A DNA stretch of 64,000 bases from Macrostomum lignano (Eukaryota): the NCBI GenBank assembly GCA_002269645.1, contig NIVC01001907.1:1-64000 (forward strand), given 5' to 3'. Made by a program: the position numbers and the translations under genes. Positions 47,445-60,302 of the stretch are shown here, in pieces (positions within the stretch are counted from its first letter, which is position 1; each line of letters begins with the position of its first letter). Below the pieces are notes generated by a model. The model worked only from the letters and a program-made list of their open reading frames with translations. It ran no database searches and was not told the origin of the DNA.

Positions 47445-48258
47445 CTCCTCCCCTTCGAGACCCTTCCCTCTCCTCCCTTCCATCTCCTCCCTTCCCTCTC
47501 ATCCCTTCCATCTCCTCTTTTCCATCTCCTTCCTTCCCTCTCCTCCCTTCCCTCTCCTCCCTTCCGTCTCCTCCCTTCCATCTCCTCTTTTCCATCTCCT
47601 TCCTTCCCTCTCCTCCCTTCCCTCTCCTCCCTTCCGTCTCCTCCTTTCCATCTCCTCCCTTCCATCTCCTCCCTTCCGTCTCCTCCCTTCCATCTCCTCC
47701 TTTCCATCTCCTCCCTTCCATCTCCTCCCTTCCATCTCCTCCTTTCCATCTCCCTCCTTTCCTCTCCTCCCTTCCCAGACCCTTCCATCTCCTCTGTTCC
47801 ATCTCCTTCCTTCCCTCTCCTCCCTTCCCAGACCCTTCCCTCTACTCCCTTCCCTCTCCTCCGTTCCATCTCCTCCCTTCCCAGACCCTTCCTATTCCTC
47901 CGTTCCATCTCCTTCCTTCGCTCTCCTCCCTTTCCAGATCCTTGCTTCTCCTCCCTTCTCAGACCCTTCCATCTCCTCCCTTCCCGGACCCTTCCTTATC
48001 CTCCCTTCGCAGACCCTTCGCTCTCCTCCTTTCCATCTCCTCCCTTTCATCTCCTCCCTTCCCAGACCCTTCCTTCTCCTCCCTTCCCAGACCCTTCCTT
48101 CTCCTCCCTTCCCAGACCCTTCCTTATCCTCCCTTCGCAGACCCTTCCCTCTCCTCCTTTCCATCTCCTCCCTTTCATCTCCTCCCTTCCCAGACCCTTC
48201 CTTCTCCTCCCTTCCCAGACCCTTCCTTCTCCTCCCTTCCCAGATCCTTGCCTCTCTC
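47445..48258. repeat. Polypyrimidine low-complexity tract (CTCCTCCCTTCC variants)
   Basis: About 800 bp almost entirely C/T on +; source of several spurious ORFs. Confidence 0.95.
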
Positions 48259-49149
48259 TTCTGAAACCTTTTTCAATCCCTGCACAGACCCGGCCTCACT
48301 TCAGCATCAGAGTACTTTGAATTCCATAACTTGCACAGTTTTCCAATCTCTGATTCCAAACCCAGTTGACTTCAATCTCCTCAACAATAACCTCTGGAAA
48401 ATAATAAAGCTAGTAAAAAAAAGTTTGTCTGACTCGTCTCGAACGGCTGGTCAGATAAGATCAACAAAAGCCCATGGAGTTCAGCAAAGCGAAAGGAAAA
48501 AATGCGATACAAAGGCGAATCGCCCACTATCAATTAAGATTCTTTCTTCATTTCCCTCAAGAATTGGGGGAGTCGGATCGAGGGGGTAGACCGATCTCAA
48601 TTCTGATTGGGTCTGAGCAGTCGTCCACCACCGCATTTTAAATCCCAAAAGCTAGCCTTCTATGGGAAATTTATCCCGCAGTGTGTCTCGTGCTCCCAGA
48701 TCTGTCTCTGGAACCGGTCTAATCCTAGATAGATTACCCCTTAGACCGGCACTTCCTGAAGTCTGAGCGCCTCCCAGCCTCTTTTTGTTGCCTCATCATC
48801 ATGCCTCTGTTGGGGAAGATTATTTAATCTACTTCTCCTACTCTCTTTTCTTGGAAATCCCTTTTCGTCGCCGTCATTAATCTACAGGTCAATAATTATT
48901 AAAGAAGAAATATTGAGCCCATTTAGAAATTAAAAAACAGAAAGACTGACTGTTAGCTGCTGGGACTTTTGCGGTTAAGAGGTGAGTAAATTCTTTTCTC
49001 TTGGGTGACTGCCATTGCTGAGCGGCCTTGAATTCAAGGCACTGTTATCTCTGGGGTGCCGGTCACCCTGTCAGTGACCCTGCTATATCCGTGACCCAAG
49101 CATCCTGTTCACCCCTTCAATTCGCCACACTGTCACCCTTCCCCCTGTC

Positions 49150-49395
49150 ATCCATTCCCTCTGTCACTCTGTCACTCTGTCACTCTGTCACTTTGTCACT
49201 CTATCACTCTGTCACTCTATCACTCTGTCACTCTGTCAATCTGTCACTCTGTCACTCTGTCACTCTGTCACTCTGTCACTCTGTCACCCTGTCAATCTGT
49301 CACTCTGTCACTCTATCGCTCTGTCACTCTGTCACTTTTTCACTCCGTCACTTTGTCACTCTGTCACTATGTCACCCTGTCACTCTGTCACCGAT
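49150..49395. repeat. (CTGTCACT)n 8-bp repeat
   Basis: Directly visible. Confidence 0.92.
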
Positions 49396-50057
49396 GTCAC
49401 GCTGACACCACGTCACCCCGTCAACGTTACCCAGCCCTCCACACTGATTCTACTCTCGACACAAAACGCATAACAACAGAAATAAGGCAGCTCGCATACA
49501 GCGTTCCTCAAAAACCCATGAATCGCCCTTATAGCAGCTCTGCGAAGCAACACCGAATGAGTTGAATTTTATTGATAAGGGAAATAAAAAAACGTGTCCA
49601 AAAATCCGTGCTCCAGATAGCAGCAGCAGAACTCGATAGACAAACACAGCTGATAAAAATTAAGCCTTAGATTTTACGAGTGATGGACTCAATGTCGTAA
49701 TTTTTTGACAACTCGCTTCCATCGAGAAAAGTTCAATTCTCTTTTGACAACAAATTATTGTACTTTAGGCAAGAATGCGCACTGGCCTCAGCTCACTGTA
49801 GCCTTTCATCCAAAAATATGAATGGCGCAAATACTTTGTGTGCCTGGGAGGGTCACTTCACGCCTGCATGAACCGGTTGAGCACAGGTTGCTCAAGCTGG
49901 GGATCCAGTCACCCCTCTGCAAAAGTCGTAGCTATTGAAGAATTGGGTAGGGTAAGAGAGTGATGGAAACTGATCAAAGGAGTCTCATCTCATTTTCATA
50001 TCTTATTGGTCTGCTGAGCGAAAGTACGACTGCATAATATGGTTGGGCAGTAATATG

Positions 50058-50734
50058 GTCAGTCAGTCAGTCAGTCAGTCAGTCAGTCAGTCAGTCAGTC
50101 AGTCAGTCAGTCAGTCAGTCAGTCAGTCAGTCAGTCAGTCAGTCAGTCAGTCAGTCAGTCAGTCAGTCAGTCAGTCAGTCACCCACTCACTCAAGTCAGT
50201 CAGTCAGTCAGTCAGTCAGTCAGTCAGTCAGTCAGTCAGTCAGTCAGTCAGTCAGTCAGTCAGTCAGTCAGTCAGTCAGTCAGTCAGTCAGTCAGTCAGT
50301 CAGTCACCCACTCACTCAAGTCAGTCAGTCAGTCAGTCAGTCAGTCAGTCAGTCAGTCAGTCAGTCAGTCAGTCACCCACTCACTCAAGTCAGTCAGTCA
50401 GTCAGTCAGTCAGTCAGTCAGTCAGTCAGTCAGTCAGTCAGTCAGTCAGTCAGTCAGTCAGTCAGTCAGTCAGTCAGTCAGTCACCCACTCACTCAAGTC
50501 AGTCAGTCAGTCAGTCAGTCAGTCAGTCAGTCAGTCAGTCAGTCAGTCAGTCAGTCAGTCAGTCAGTCAGTCAGTCAGTCAGTCAGTCAGTCAGTCAGTC
50601 AGTCAGTCAGTCAGTCAGTCAGTCAGTCAGTCAGTCAGTCAGTCAGTCAGTCAGTCAGTCAGTCAGTCAGTCAGTCAGTCAGTCAGTCAGTCAGTCAGTC
50701 AGTCAGTCAGTCAGTCAGTCAGTCAGCCAGTCAG
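50058..50734. repeat. (AGTC)n array with four ACCCACTCACTCA interrupters (reverse orientation of the GACT arrays)
   Basis: Directly visible. Confidence 0.99.
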
Positions 50735-51699
50735 TTGAAAGTACACAGCCAATAATTCATGAACTCGCCTGTCCAAAAAAGGTTAGCTCAATCCCTCTAT
50801 CGGATCATCAATAACTTTTCTGAGCACAGCAAACATTGGCTAGAAAAGCTTATCCAGAAAGTTCTGGTTTCCTGTATCTAGCAGACATTTCCAACTGAGG
50901 AAGTCGGTCCCAGTCGGTTCCAAAATCTGGTCCTCCGAGAGTGTTTGCTTATTTAAGCCCGCTAAGCTCAAGCCTAACGCTTGATACTCACTGGAGAGAT
51001 ATAACTCTGTTGAAAGATACATTGTGCATGCTATGCTTCCACATCGAAAAGTACTTGTACATGTATATACCTATACACCTGTATCTCAATCCACATTCGT
51101 GGATAGAGTGCAGAGTGTAGGCTGCTAGCCTTCAAGTGTAAAGTATAATTATTTCAGAAATTCTCTTCTCCAAAGAAAACTGTTGCTGTATCGATATTGG
51201 TCTTCTCTTAACGGATCGCCCGACTCACTTGCATGACCGCATTGCAACCCCACACTGCTGGGTCTCAAGGTCTTGCTTGATTTGACTCCTATGGCAGTAT
51301 TTTTACAACCTCGAATTGAGATCTTTCAGCTAAGCAAAAGCCTCTCAGCACAAGCCTTGGTATTGACTGAGCAAACCTGGAAAGCTAAAAAGTATACTCA
51401 AGTTTTATCGCTAGCGTGTGTTCGACCTCGACAGAATTAGTTAGTCGTCTATAGCTGTAGCAAATATGAACTAGAAATGCTGCAATTCTTAATTTGTCAA
51501 ATTTTAGGTTCGACAGAAGCCATCTGCTACCAAGTGCGTTGCCGATTATTCTTTAGTAGGAAGCTACTTCCGTCTTACAATGAGAAAATAACTACGAGCG
51601 TAAATACACTCATAAAAAGTTTTGTAAATTGAACCTACACAGCTCAAGTTAGTTATAGATTTACAGCAGAAGAACTCAACAAATAAACTAATTTAGACG

Positions 51700-53515
51700 C
51701 ACTTACTGAACCACAACCTAAACACACCAGGACAAATTCTAGGCACTTACTGTACCTACAACCTAAACACACCAGGACAAATTCTAGGCACTTACTGTAC
51801 CTACAACCTAAACACACCAGGACAAATTCTAGGCACTTACTGTACCTACAACCTAAACACACCAGGACAAATTCTAGGCACTTACTGAACCCACAACTAA
51901 ACACACCAGGACAAATTCTAGGCACTTACTGAACCCACAACCTAAACACACCAGGACAAATTCTAGGCACTTACTGTACCTACAACCTAAACACACCAGG
52001 ACAAATTCTAGGCACTTACTGTACCTACAACCTAAACACACCAGGACAAATTCTAGGCACTTACTGAACCCACAACCTAAACACACCAGGACAAATTCTA
52101 GGCACTTACTGTACCTACAACCTAAACACACCAGGACAAATTCTAGGCACTTACTGAACCCACAACTAAACACACCAGGACAAATTCTAGGCACTTACTG
52201 AACCCACAACCTAAACACACCAGGACAAATTCTAGGCACTTACTGTACCTACAACCTAAACACACCAGGACAAATTCTAGGCACTTACTGTACCTACAAC
52301 CTAAACACACCAGGACAAATTCTAGGCACTTACTGAACCCACAACTAAACACACCAGGACAAATTCTAGGCACTTACTGAACCCACAACCTAAACACACC
52401 AGGACAAATTCTAGGCACTTACTGAACCCACAACCTAAACACACCAGGACAAATTCTAGGCACTTACTGAACCCACAACCTAAACACACCAGGACAAATT
52501 CTAGGCACTTACTGTACCTACAACCTAAACACACCAGGACAAATTCTAGGCACTTACTGTACCTACAACCTAAACACACCAGGACAAATTCTAGGCACTT
52601 ACTGTACCTACAACCTAAACACACCAGGACAAATTCTAGGCACTTACTGAACCCACAACCTAAACACACCAGGACAAATTCTAGGCACTTACTGAACCCA
52701 CAACCTAAACACACCAGGACAAATTCTAGGCACTTACTGTACCTACAACCTAAACACACCAGGACAAATTCTAGGCACTTACTGTACCTACAACCTAAAC
52801 ACACCAGGACAAATTCTAGGCACTTACTGTACCTACAACCTAAACACACCAGGACAAATTCTAGGCACTTACTGTACCTACAACCTAAACACACCAGGAC
52901 AAATTCTAGGCACTTACTGTACCTACAACCTAAACACTCCAGGACAAATTCTAGGCACTTACTGTACCCACAACCTAAACACACCAGGACAAATTCTAGG
53001 CACTTGCTGTACCCACAACCTAAACACACCAGGACAAATTCTAGGCACTTACTGTACCCACAACCTAAACACACCAGGACAAATTCTAGGCACTTACTGT
53101 ACCTACAACCTAAACACACCAGGACAAATTCTAGGCACTTGCTGTACCCACAACCTAAACACACCAGGACAAATTCTAGGCACTTACTGTACCTACAACC
53201 TAAACACACCAGGACAAATTCTAGGCACTTACTGTACCTACAACCTAAACACACCAGGACAAATTCTAGGCACTTACTGTACCTACAACCTAAACACACC
53301 AGGACAAATTCTAGGCACTTACTGTACCCACAACCTAAACACACCAGGATAAATTCTAGGCACTTACTGTACCCATAACCTAAACACACCAGGATAAATT
53401 CTAGGCACTTACTGTACCTACAACCTAAACACACCAGGACAAATTCTAGGCACTTACTGTACCCACAACCTAAACACACCAGGACAAATTCTAGGCAATT
53501 ACTGTATCCACAAGC
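51700..53515. repeat. 45-bp satellite (ACAACCTAAACACACCAGGACAAATTCTAGGCACTTACTGTACCT), about 40 copies
   Basis: Directly visible; occasional 44-bp units shift the reading frame. Confidence 0.98.
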
Positions 53516-53765
53516 TAAACATAGCAGGAAAAACCTTTAGTGCTCATTCTTTAGTGTATCTAGAAAGCCTAAAGTCGCTAGGAAAAACTTGCTGATACTT
53601 ATTAATCGACTCTAAACGTCTAGACCTACAACTTGAAACCCCACAGCTTACTCATCATGACGCCAAAATATGATAGGTACTTAAAGTACCTCTCAACTAT
53701 TTAAAATTCTGAAATGCCCAGATGCTCAAGAACTTTCCAGACAGCGTCACTCCATCAGCCGAAGC

Positions 53766-54332
53766 ATGGCGCACTTTTTACACACACCAACGAACTCCGA
53801 GCCCGATCGTCCGATCAGTCGAGGCGCCAGTAGTGAGGAGCGTCTCTCCCTGTCGGCTGGCAAGAAGTTCCACCGACCGTTGTTAATTTCGCGGAAATCT
53901 TCTCCGCAAGCCTCCGCAGCGGCGGCTACAAAGAAGCTGCTGCAGCAACAGTATCAACAGCAGCAGCAGCAGCTTCAGCAACAAGAGTCCTCTTCGTCGC
54001 AGGCATCACCACAGCCGCAGGTTGCTACCAATCCCGGCATTGTGATCGAAGACGACTTTTGCAGCAGTTCAACAGCTGGAGGAGGCGGTGCGCGCGCGGC
54101 GGTGGCACTGGGGAAACTCGAAGCTCCCTAGAGGTGCCCGCCAGCGATGGCAGCGGCGGCGGCGGAGGTGGTGGCGGAGGCAGCATCGGATTTAACCTGG
54201 CACCTCGGCCAAGCATCGGCAACATCTTCCGGGCGCGCAAGAAAAGCGTCAGCGTCCTGTTTGACGGCGACGGAGCGGGCAACGCTTCGGCTAGGAGCAG
54301 CGTGGCTGGGGAGAGCAGCGCTTCTGGTAGAG
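53766..54332 (+). CDS. First coding exon of an unidentified protein (Ser/Gln/Gly-rich N-terminus) with one apparent frameshift
   Basis: CTTTCCAG| acceptor near 53740, ATG at 53766, poly-Q, frame change near 54095 into ..RPSIGNIFRARKKSVSVLF.., donor AGAG|GTAAAA. The rest of the gene is lost at the gap. Confidence 0.6.
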
Positions 54333-54525
54333 GTAAAATGTCGTTCAGTATATTTTTACTACTACTGTTGAGTAGTCAGTTTATGATTTTTGTGGCAGAT
54401 AAATATCTAAAATGCTCGAACAGATCTTTTCGTGCTATCCTTCGCTGGACCATCCGTTTATCTTTGTTGTACATGAACTTCAACCAGGCAGTATAAATAA
54501 AAGTACTTTCAGAACTTCAGGCATC

Positions 54526-54574
54526 NNNNNNNNNNNNNNNNNNNNNNNNNNNNNNNNNNNNNNNNNNNNNNNNN
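54526..54574. other. Assembly gap (49 N)
   Basis: Run of N; adjacency across it is unverified. Confidence 1.
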
Positions 54575-55180
54575 TTGCACTGCATCGACAGACGCTGGCG
54601 CGGCTGCAGGCGCTGCTCGGTGATCTGCGCAGTGGCCAGGGTCCGAGCCTGCCGCTTCAAAGTCTCGGATGCTCGACCCACCTGGATGGCGCGATCCAAA
54701 GTCAGCTTCGTCTCTCGCAGAAATCTTTCCCTCAGAGCTCTCGTTGACTCCGATGACGATCTGGTCTCGAAGGACGCTGTTCTCGATTGTCTCCTCGTTA
54801 GCTGGCTTGCTGTGATTGCAGCGTTTTGATGATCTGACGGAGGGAGCTGACAAACTGGTCAAATTCCTCAGCTTCTCCTTGCACTTTTTGTTCGGAGCTG
54901 GTAGCGCTCAAATGTTTCGTTTGACAGAGGCTCGCAGTAGTCTTTGAATGCCTCGACTACTTCGTCGTACGTAGCTACTTTGTCTGCAGGAAACGTAGAG
55001 TAGATATCTTGACCGTCGGATCCCAGGGCGGTTAGCAGAATGGCGACCTTTACATCGTTGCTTTCTTCAGTTCTCTTCGTAGCTTTCATATAGAAAATCG
55101 AACGCTTTGATCCACTTTCGCCAGTTGTCCGCCCTATTGGTGTTGAAAACCATAGGCCTCTGGCGGCCTCAACCTTCCAT
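54575..55180 (-). mobile_element. Gypsy/Ty3 gag 5' region, frameshifted
   Basis: NWRKW..FDFYMKA..KVAILLTALGSDGQDIYSTF..YCEPLSNETFERYQLR..LRDQIVIG. Confidence 0.88.
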
Positions 55181-55388
55181 GCTTGCCAGACTGGATAGGT
55201 AGTTTAGACTATTTTTGAGAACTTCACTGTCCATAGAAGGGGTGGGGGCCAGTGTACACAGATGTACACTAAATTGCGAGAGTAAATATTAGTGCACACA
55301 AGCCACACACAAAATTTACTATTTACGATTAGGGATTACTTGTAGGCAATCAGTTACCGTCGGCCTGAACTTTCAAGCCAGATCATAA

Positions 55389-56594
55389 ATGACACGCATT
55401 TCTTTTCCAGGCGCGGTTCGAACAGCCCTATTGGTTCTCCTAGTGGTGGTCATCGGATTATTGCAACTACGAAGTCAGACTGAACCAGAAGGTACCGGAC
55501 AGGCGCTGGCAAAGCCGCGACAGAAACTATGTCCCCAGCCTAGTTTTGGTCCGAGAAGAGCTCCCAAGAAGTTCAAAATCGCCATCACGACAGGCCCCCT
55601 TGCGGGATGGGCAGCCGTGCGGCGAGCTGCTGCCTTCCCCGACTCCATTCCGCCTCTGGTGCACTTGACCAGCAAGGATGGTAGAATTGCCACCAAACTC
55701 CTTCCGACTGTGCGCTCCTGGAGACGACTGCTCGATATCGACATCAGCAACAGATCGGCTTCAGGCCAGCTGATCTTCAATAATCGCTGGCACTTCATGC
55801 ACTGGGACGACAGGCAGATCTCGGAGCTGATAGCCAAGCACCACCCGCGCCTGAGCCGCAGCTACGGCAAGCTGGCATCCGGCTTGGAGAGGTCCGACAT
55901 TGGCAGGCTGGCCGTGTTGCACCATGTTGGCGGCCTCTACGTCGACCTGGACGTGGAGCTTCTGCGGGACCCGACGCCACTGCTGAGACCGGCGCAGCTG
56001 CGCGGACCTTCCCGCCTGGCTGAGAATTTCAGCTGCGAATCGGCCGTATGGAGCCAGGAGCCGCCAGCTCATCCGATCTTCGTGTACAACAGGAGCTCAA
56101 TCATCTCCAATGCTGTGATGATGAGCCGAGCGAACCAGACCTTTCTAACCTTCGTTCTCAACAACTGGCCGGATTGGTTTGAGCGCGTCTGGGCCGAGAA
56201 GTCCCGCAGGAAGGACACCCAGGCGGTACAAGTCACGGGACCCGCCATGCTGCAGGAGTTCTACAACAATTACACAGCATTGAAGCCGAGGGAGCCGGCC
56301 CTAGACTGGTGCGCCAACATGCTGGCTGACCCGGACGTCTTTCAGCCAATCAGCGATCACTACTACGGACCGAAGCGGATGAAACACGTGTGCGTTAAGG
56401 ATGCTGCCAGGATGAACGAGCTGCAGCGGCTTCTGTGCCAGCGCATGGCCAGGGAGAAGTTCAAAGAGAAGCAGGTGCCAAAGAGCGCCTACACTGTGCA
56501 CAAGTTCATGCATCTGAGCTATGAGAACCGGTTACGGAGGCTTCAGACTAGTGCAATCTCATCTGTTTTGCCCATTCTCACCTGCGAAATTTGA
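55389..56594 (+). CDS. Intronless type II membrane glycosyltransferase, GT32/DxD sugar-binding family (OCH1/SUR1-like)
   Basis: N-terminal TM helix; IPPLVHLT; W..WDD; ERSDIGRLAVLHHVGGLYVDLD; NAVMMS; VTGPAML. Intact 401 aa; AATAAA near 56966. Confidence 0.92.
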   Translation: MTRISFPGAVRTALLVLLVVVIGLLQLRSQTEPEGTGQALAKPRQKLCPQPSFGPRRAPKKFKIAITTGPLAGWAAVRRAAAFPDSIPPLVHLTSKDGRIATKLLPTVRSWRRLLDIDISNRSASGQLIFNNRWHFMHWDDRQISELIAKHHPRLSRSYGKLASGLERSDIGRLAVLHHVGGLYVDLDVELLRDPTPLLRPAQLRGPSRLAENFSCESAVWSQEPPAHPIFVYNRSSIISNAVMMSRANQTFLTFVLNNWPDWFERVWAEKSRRKDTQAVQVTGPAMLQEFYNNYTALKPREPALDWCANMLADPDVFQPISDHYYGPKRMKHVCVKDAARMNELQRLLCQRMAREKFKEKQVPKSAYTVHKFMHLSYENRLRRLQTSAISSVLPILTCEI

Positions 56595-56982
56595 CTATAG
56601 TAGCTGTACAACTTGCTTTTGCCACAGGGCAACCCGCTGCTGCGTGAGGTCAACATAGTAATACACATGTACTTCAGCAGAATCTGTGGATTTTCTCAGC
56701 ATCACCCCCCATCATCACTCTGTCTCAGCATCATTCCCATCAGCATCACTCAGTCTCAGCATCATTCCCTATCAGCATCACTCAGTCTCAGCATCATTCC
56801 CCTCATCACTCAGTCTCAGCTAGCATCATTCCCATCAGCATCATTCCCATCAGCATCATCATTGATGAAAAATCATTCGCTAATACTCGTATCGACAACG
56901 AAAGCGTTCTTGTGCGCAATAAACGAGCTATATATTAAAAGAACTCTATGAAGCTAGTGAATTTTAATAAAAACAAAAGCAC

Positions 56983-57015
56983 TGACTGACTGACTGACTG
57001 ACTGACTGACTGACT

Positions 57016-57047
<32 letters not shown>

Positions 57048-58358
57048 GACTGACTGACTGACTGACTGACTTGAGTGAGTGGGTGACTGACTGACTGACT
57101 GACTGACTGACTGACTGACTGACTGACTGACTGACTGACTGACTTGAGTGAGTGGGTGACTGACTGACTGACTGACTGACTGACTGACTGACTGACTGAC
57201 TGACTGACTGACTGACTGACTGACTGACTGACTGACTGACTTGAGTGAGTGGGTGACTGACTGACTGACTGACTGACTGACTGACTGACTGACTGACTGA
57301 CTGAGTGAGTGGGTGACTGACTGACTGACTGACTGACTGACTGACTGACTGACTGACTGACTGACTGACTGACTGACTGACTGACTGACTGACTGACTGA
57401 CTGACTGACTGACTGACTGACTTGAGTGAGTGGGTGACTGACTGACTGACTGACTGACTGACTGACTGACTGACTGACTGACTGACTGACTGTGTGACTG
57501 ACTGACTGACTGACTGACTTGAGTGAGTGGGTGACTGACTGACTGACTGACTGACTGACTGACTGACTGACTGACTGACTGACTGACTGACTGACTGTGT
57601 GACTGACTGACTGACTTGAGTGAGTGGGTGACTGACTGACTGACTGACTGACTGACTGACTGACTGACTGACTGACTGACTGACTGACTGACTGACTGAC
57701 TGACTGACTGACTGACTGACTGACTGACTGACTGACTGACTGACTGACTGACTGACTGACTGACTGACTGACTGACTGACTGACTGACTGACTGACTGAC
57801 TGACTGACTGACTTGAGTGAGTGGGTGACTGACTGTGTGACTGACTGACTGACTGACTGACTTGAGTGAGTGGGTCACTGACTGTGTGACTGACTGACTG
57901 ACTGACTGACTTGAGTGAGTGGGTGACTGACTGACTGACTGACTGACTGACTGACTGACTGACTGACTGACTGACTGACTGACTGACTGACTGACTGACT
58001 GACTGACTGACTGACTGACTGACTTGAGTGAGTGGGTGACTGACTGACTGACTGACTGACTGACTGACTGACTGACTGACTGACTGACTGACTGACTGAC
58101 TGACTGTGTGACTGACTGACTGACTTGAGTGAGTGGGTGACTGACTGACTGACTGACTGACTGACTGACTGACTGACTGACTGACTGACTGACTGACTGA
58201 CTGACTGACTGACTGACTGACTGACTGACTGACTGACTGACTGACTGACTGACTGACTGACTGACTGACTGACTGACTGACTGACTGACTGACTGACTGA
58301 CTGACTGACTGACTGACTGACTGACTGACTGACTGACTGACTGACTGACTGACTGACT
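56983..58358. repeat. (GACT)n array with TGAGTGAGTGGGT and CTGTGT interrupters
   Basis: Directly visible. Confidence 0.99.
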
Positions 58359-58929
58359 GCTTGTATTGTGCTTAGGAGTCAGGGGAATGGGCAGAAATGC
58401 GTCAGTGCTGGTTCATGGAGACGATGTCGCCAGGGTGCATGAGTTTTTCCAGTTTTTTTGAAGAGCAAACGAAGAGACGTCTGTGGCTGAACATTTATTT
58501 CATTCAGGAATAAAAATGAGCTGCGAAATTGTATTATCCACACTTCGAAGCCTTTGCCTTGGCCAACTTCCATTCCTATAGACTGCATGCACCCTGTGAC
58601 TGCTTTAGCAACTGGGGCATATTCCGATTTCGCCTTCCAGCTTCGCGGGCATCAGGTGGCAGATGTCGCACGCACTCACCTGTTAGACAGCTGTGTGCAA
58701 AACTGGGCACGAATTGCCCGCCTAGCTTACGGAATCACCAACTGAATTAATGACAGGTGCTTGGCAGGGGGGGGGGGCTGATTCCCTCTCCCTGCCCTGC
58801 ACCGTATGCCATTGTGGCTTTTAATGAAAAGCTTTTTAAAAAAACTTGCATCGCGTATTCAAGGAGACCGCGTTTCCTATAGAATCTGGCGTGGCTATCC
58901 CGCTGATCCCGCGGCGCTATATTTTTACC

Positions 58930-59255
58930 TACATGTTACCTATAGGCTCCCTATATTAACTATGATGTTACCTACTGTATATGTTACCGATATGTTTATC
59001 CCAATATGTTAACTACATGTTACCTATGTTTACCTATATGTTACCGATATGTTACTATTATGTTACCTATATGCTATCTATATGTTACCTATGTGTTACC
59101 TATATGCTACCTATATGTTACCTATACGTTATCTATGTTACCTATATGTTACCTATATGTTAACTATATGCTACCTATATGTTACCTATATGTTAACTAT
59201 ATGCTACCTATATGTTACCTATATGTTAACTATATGCTACCTATATGTTACCCAT
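58930..59255. repeat. Degenerate 11-bp repeat (TATGTTACCTA)n
   Basis: Directly visible. Confidence 0.9.
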
Positions 59256-60008
59256 ATTAGCAAGAGCTCCCATACTCCAGACTCTATTCTGTTCGCGATC
59301 TCCTGGACTCGGGGGGGAACAGAGCTTTTTGGAGGGGGGGGGTAGGAATTTAAAAAAGTGAACGGCGAGGAAAGATATGTAGAGCCAGGCAGTCAGCTTC
59401 CAGCGTAGTAGTCACCTGATGACTGCCGAACAGCCCCAGAAGTCCCTGGGTTTTGTCGGTAAGTGAGGACCTGGGTGGGAGGGGACGCACGCGCAGAAAA
59501 ATAGCTGCAAATGCTGGCTGCGGATCTCCCAGGCAATTCTCCCACGGCTATCGTTGCGAGGCCTGAAGATTTCTCGTGTCCTCACCAACATCCGCAGCAT
59601 TAGGATTTTCTTAACACCCTTTCATGCGCGCTTTTCTTCTTCTGCAGGCTCCCAAGAATTTGCTGTGGTTTGTCTCCTACCTCATTTCCCAAGCAGCTGG
59701 ATTGACAGCGGCAGGTGCCTTTTATGGGAACCCAAAGCGCAGCGGACAAAAGGTGCGAAGCACTGCCGATTTGCGGGCCAGATAAGGTGCTGCTAAACCC
59801 CGATAATCTTTCTCGGGAACTTTGTCTCGAAGCAAATAGCGACACTTTTAAGTGAAAGTTCGATTCGGAAAATGAATAAGGGGTTTGGGACCGGCAGGAT
59901 GCAGAAATTGACAGGAAAAATAGTGGCAGCAACTTCTGCAGCTGATTTGATAATAGCCTTCTCCGCACTTTTTCTCGAAACCGGAACTCAATTAACCCCA
60001 TCACTATC

Positions 60009-60302
60009 TGATCCCCTCAACTCACTCTCTGATATCCTCAACTCACTCTCTGATATCCTCAACTCACTCTCTGATATCCTCAACTCACTCTCTGATATCC
60101 TCAACTCACTCTCTGATATCCTCAACTCACTCTTTGATATCCTCAACTCACTCTCTGATATCCTCAACTCACTCTCTGATATCCTCAACTCACTCTTTGA
60201 TATCCTCAACTCACTCTTTGATATCCTCAACTCACTCTCTGATATCCTCAACTCACTCTCTGATATCCTCAACTCACTCTCTCATATCCTCAACTCACTC
60301 TC
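60009..60302. repeat. 21-bp minisatellite (CTCAACTCACTCTCTGATATC)n
   Basis: About 14 copies. Confidence 0.95.

Noticed and set aside
52322-53479. 385-aa Cys-rich 15-aa repeat ORF
   Set aside because: A 45-bp satellite unit happens to be 15 codons; 44-bp units break the frame elsewhere in the array and there is no unique flanking coding sequence.
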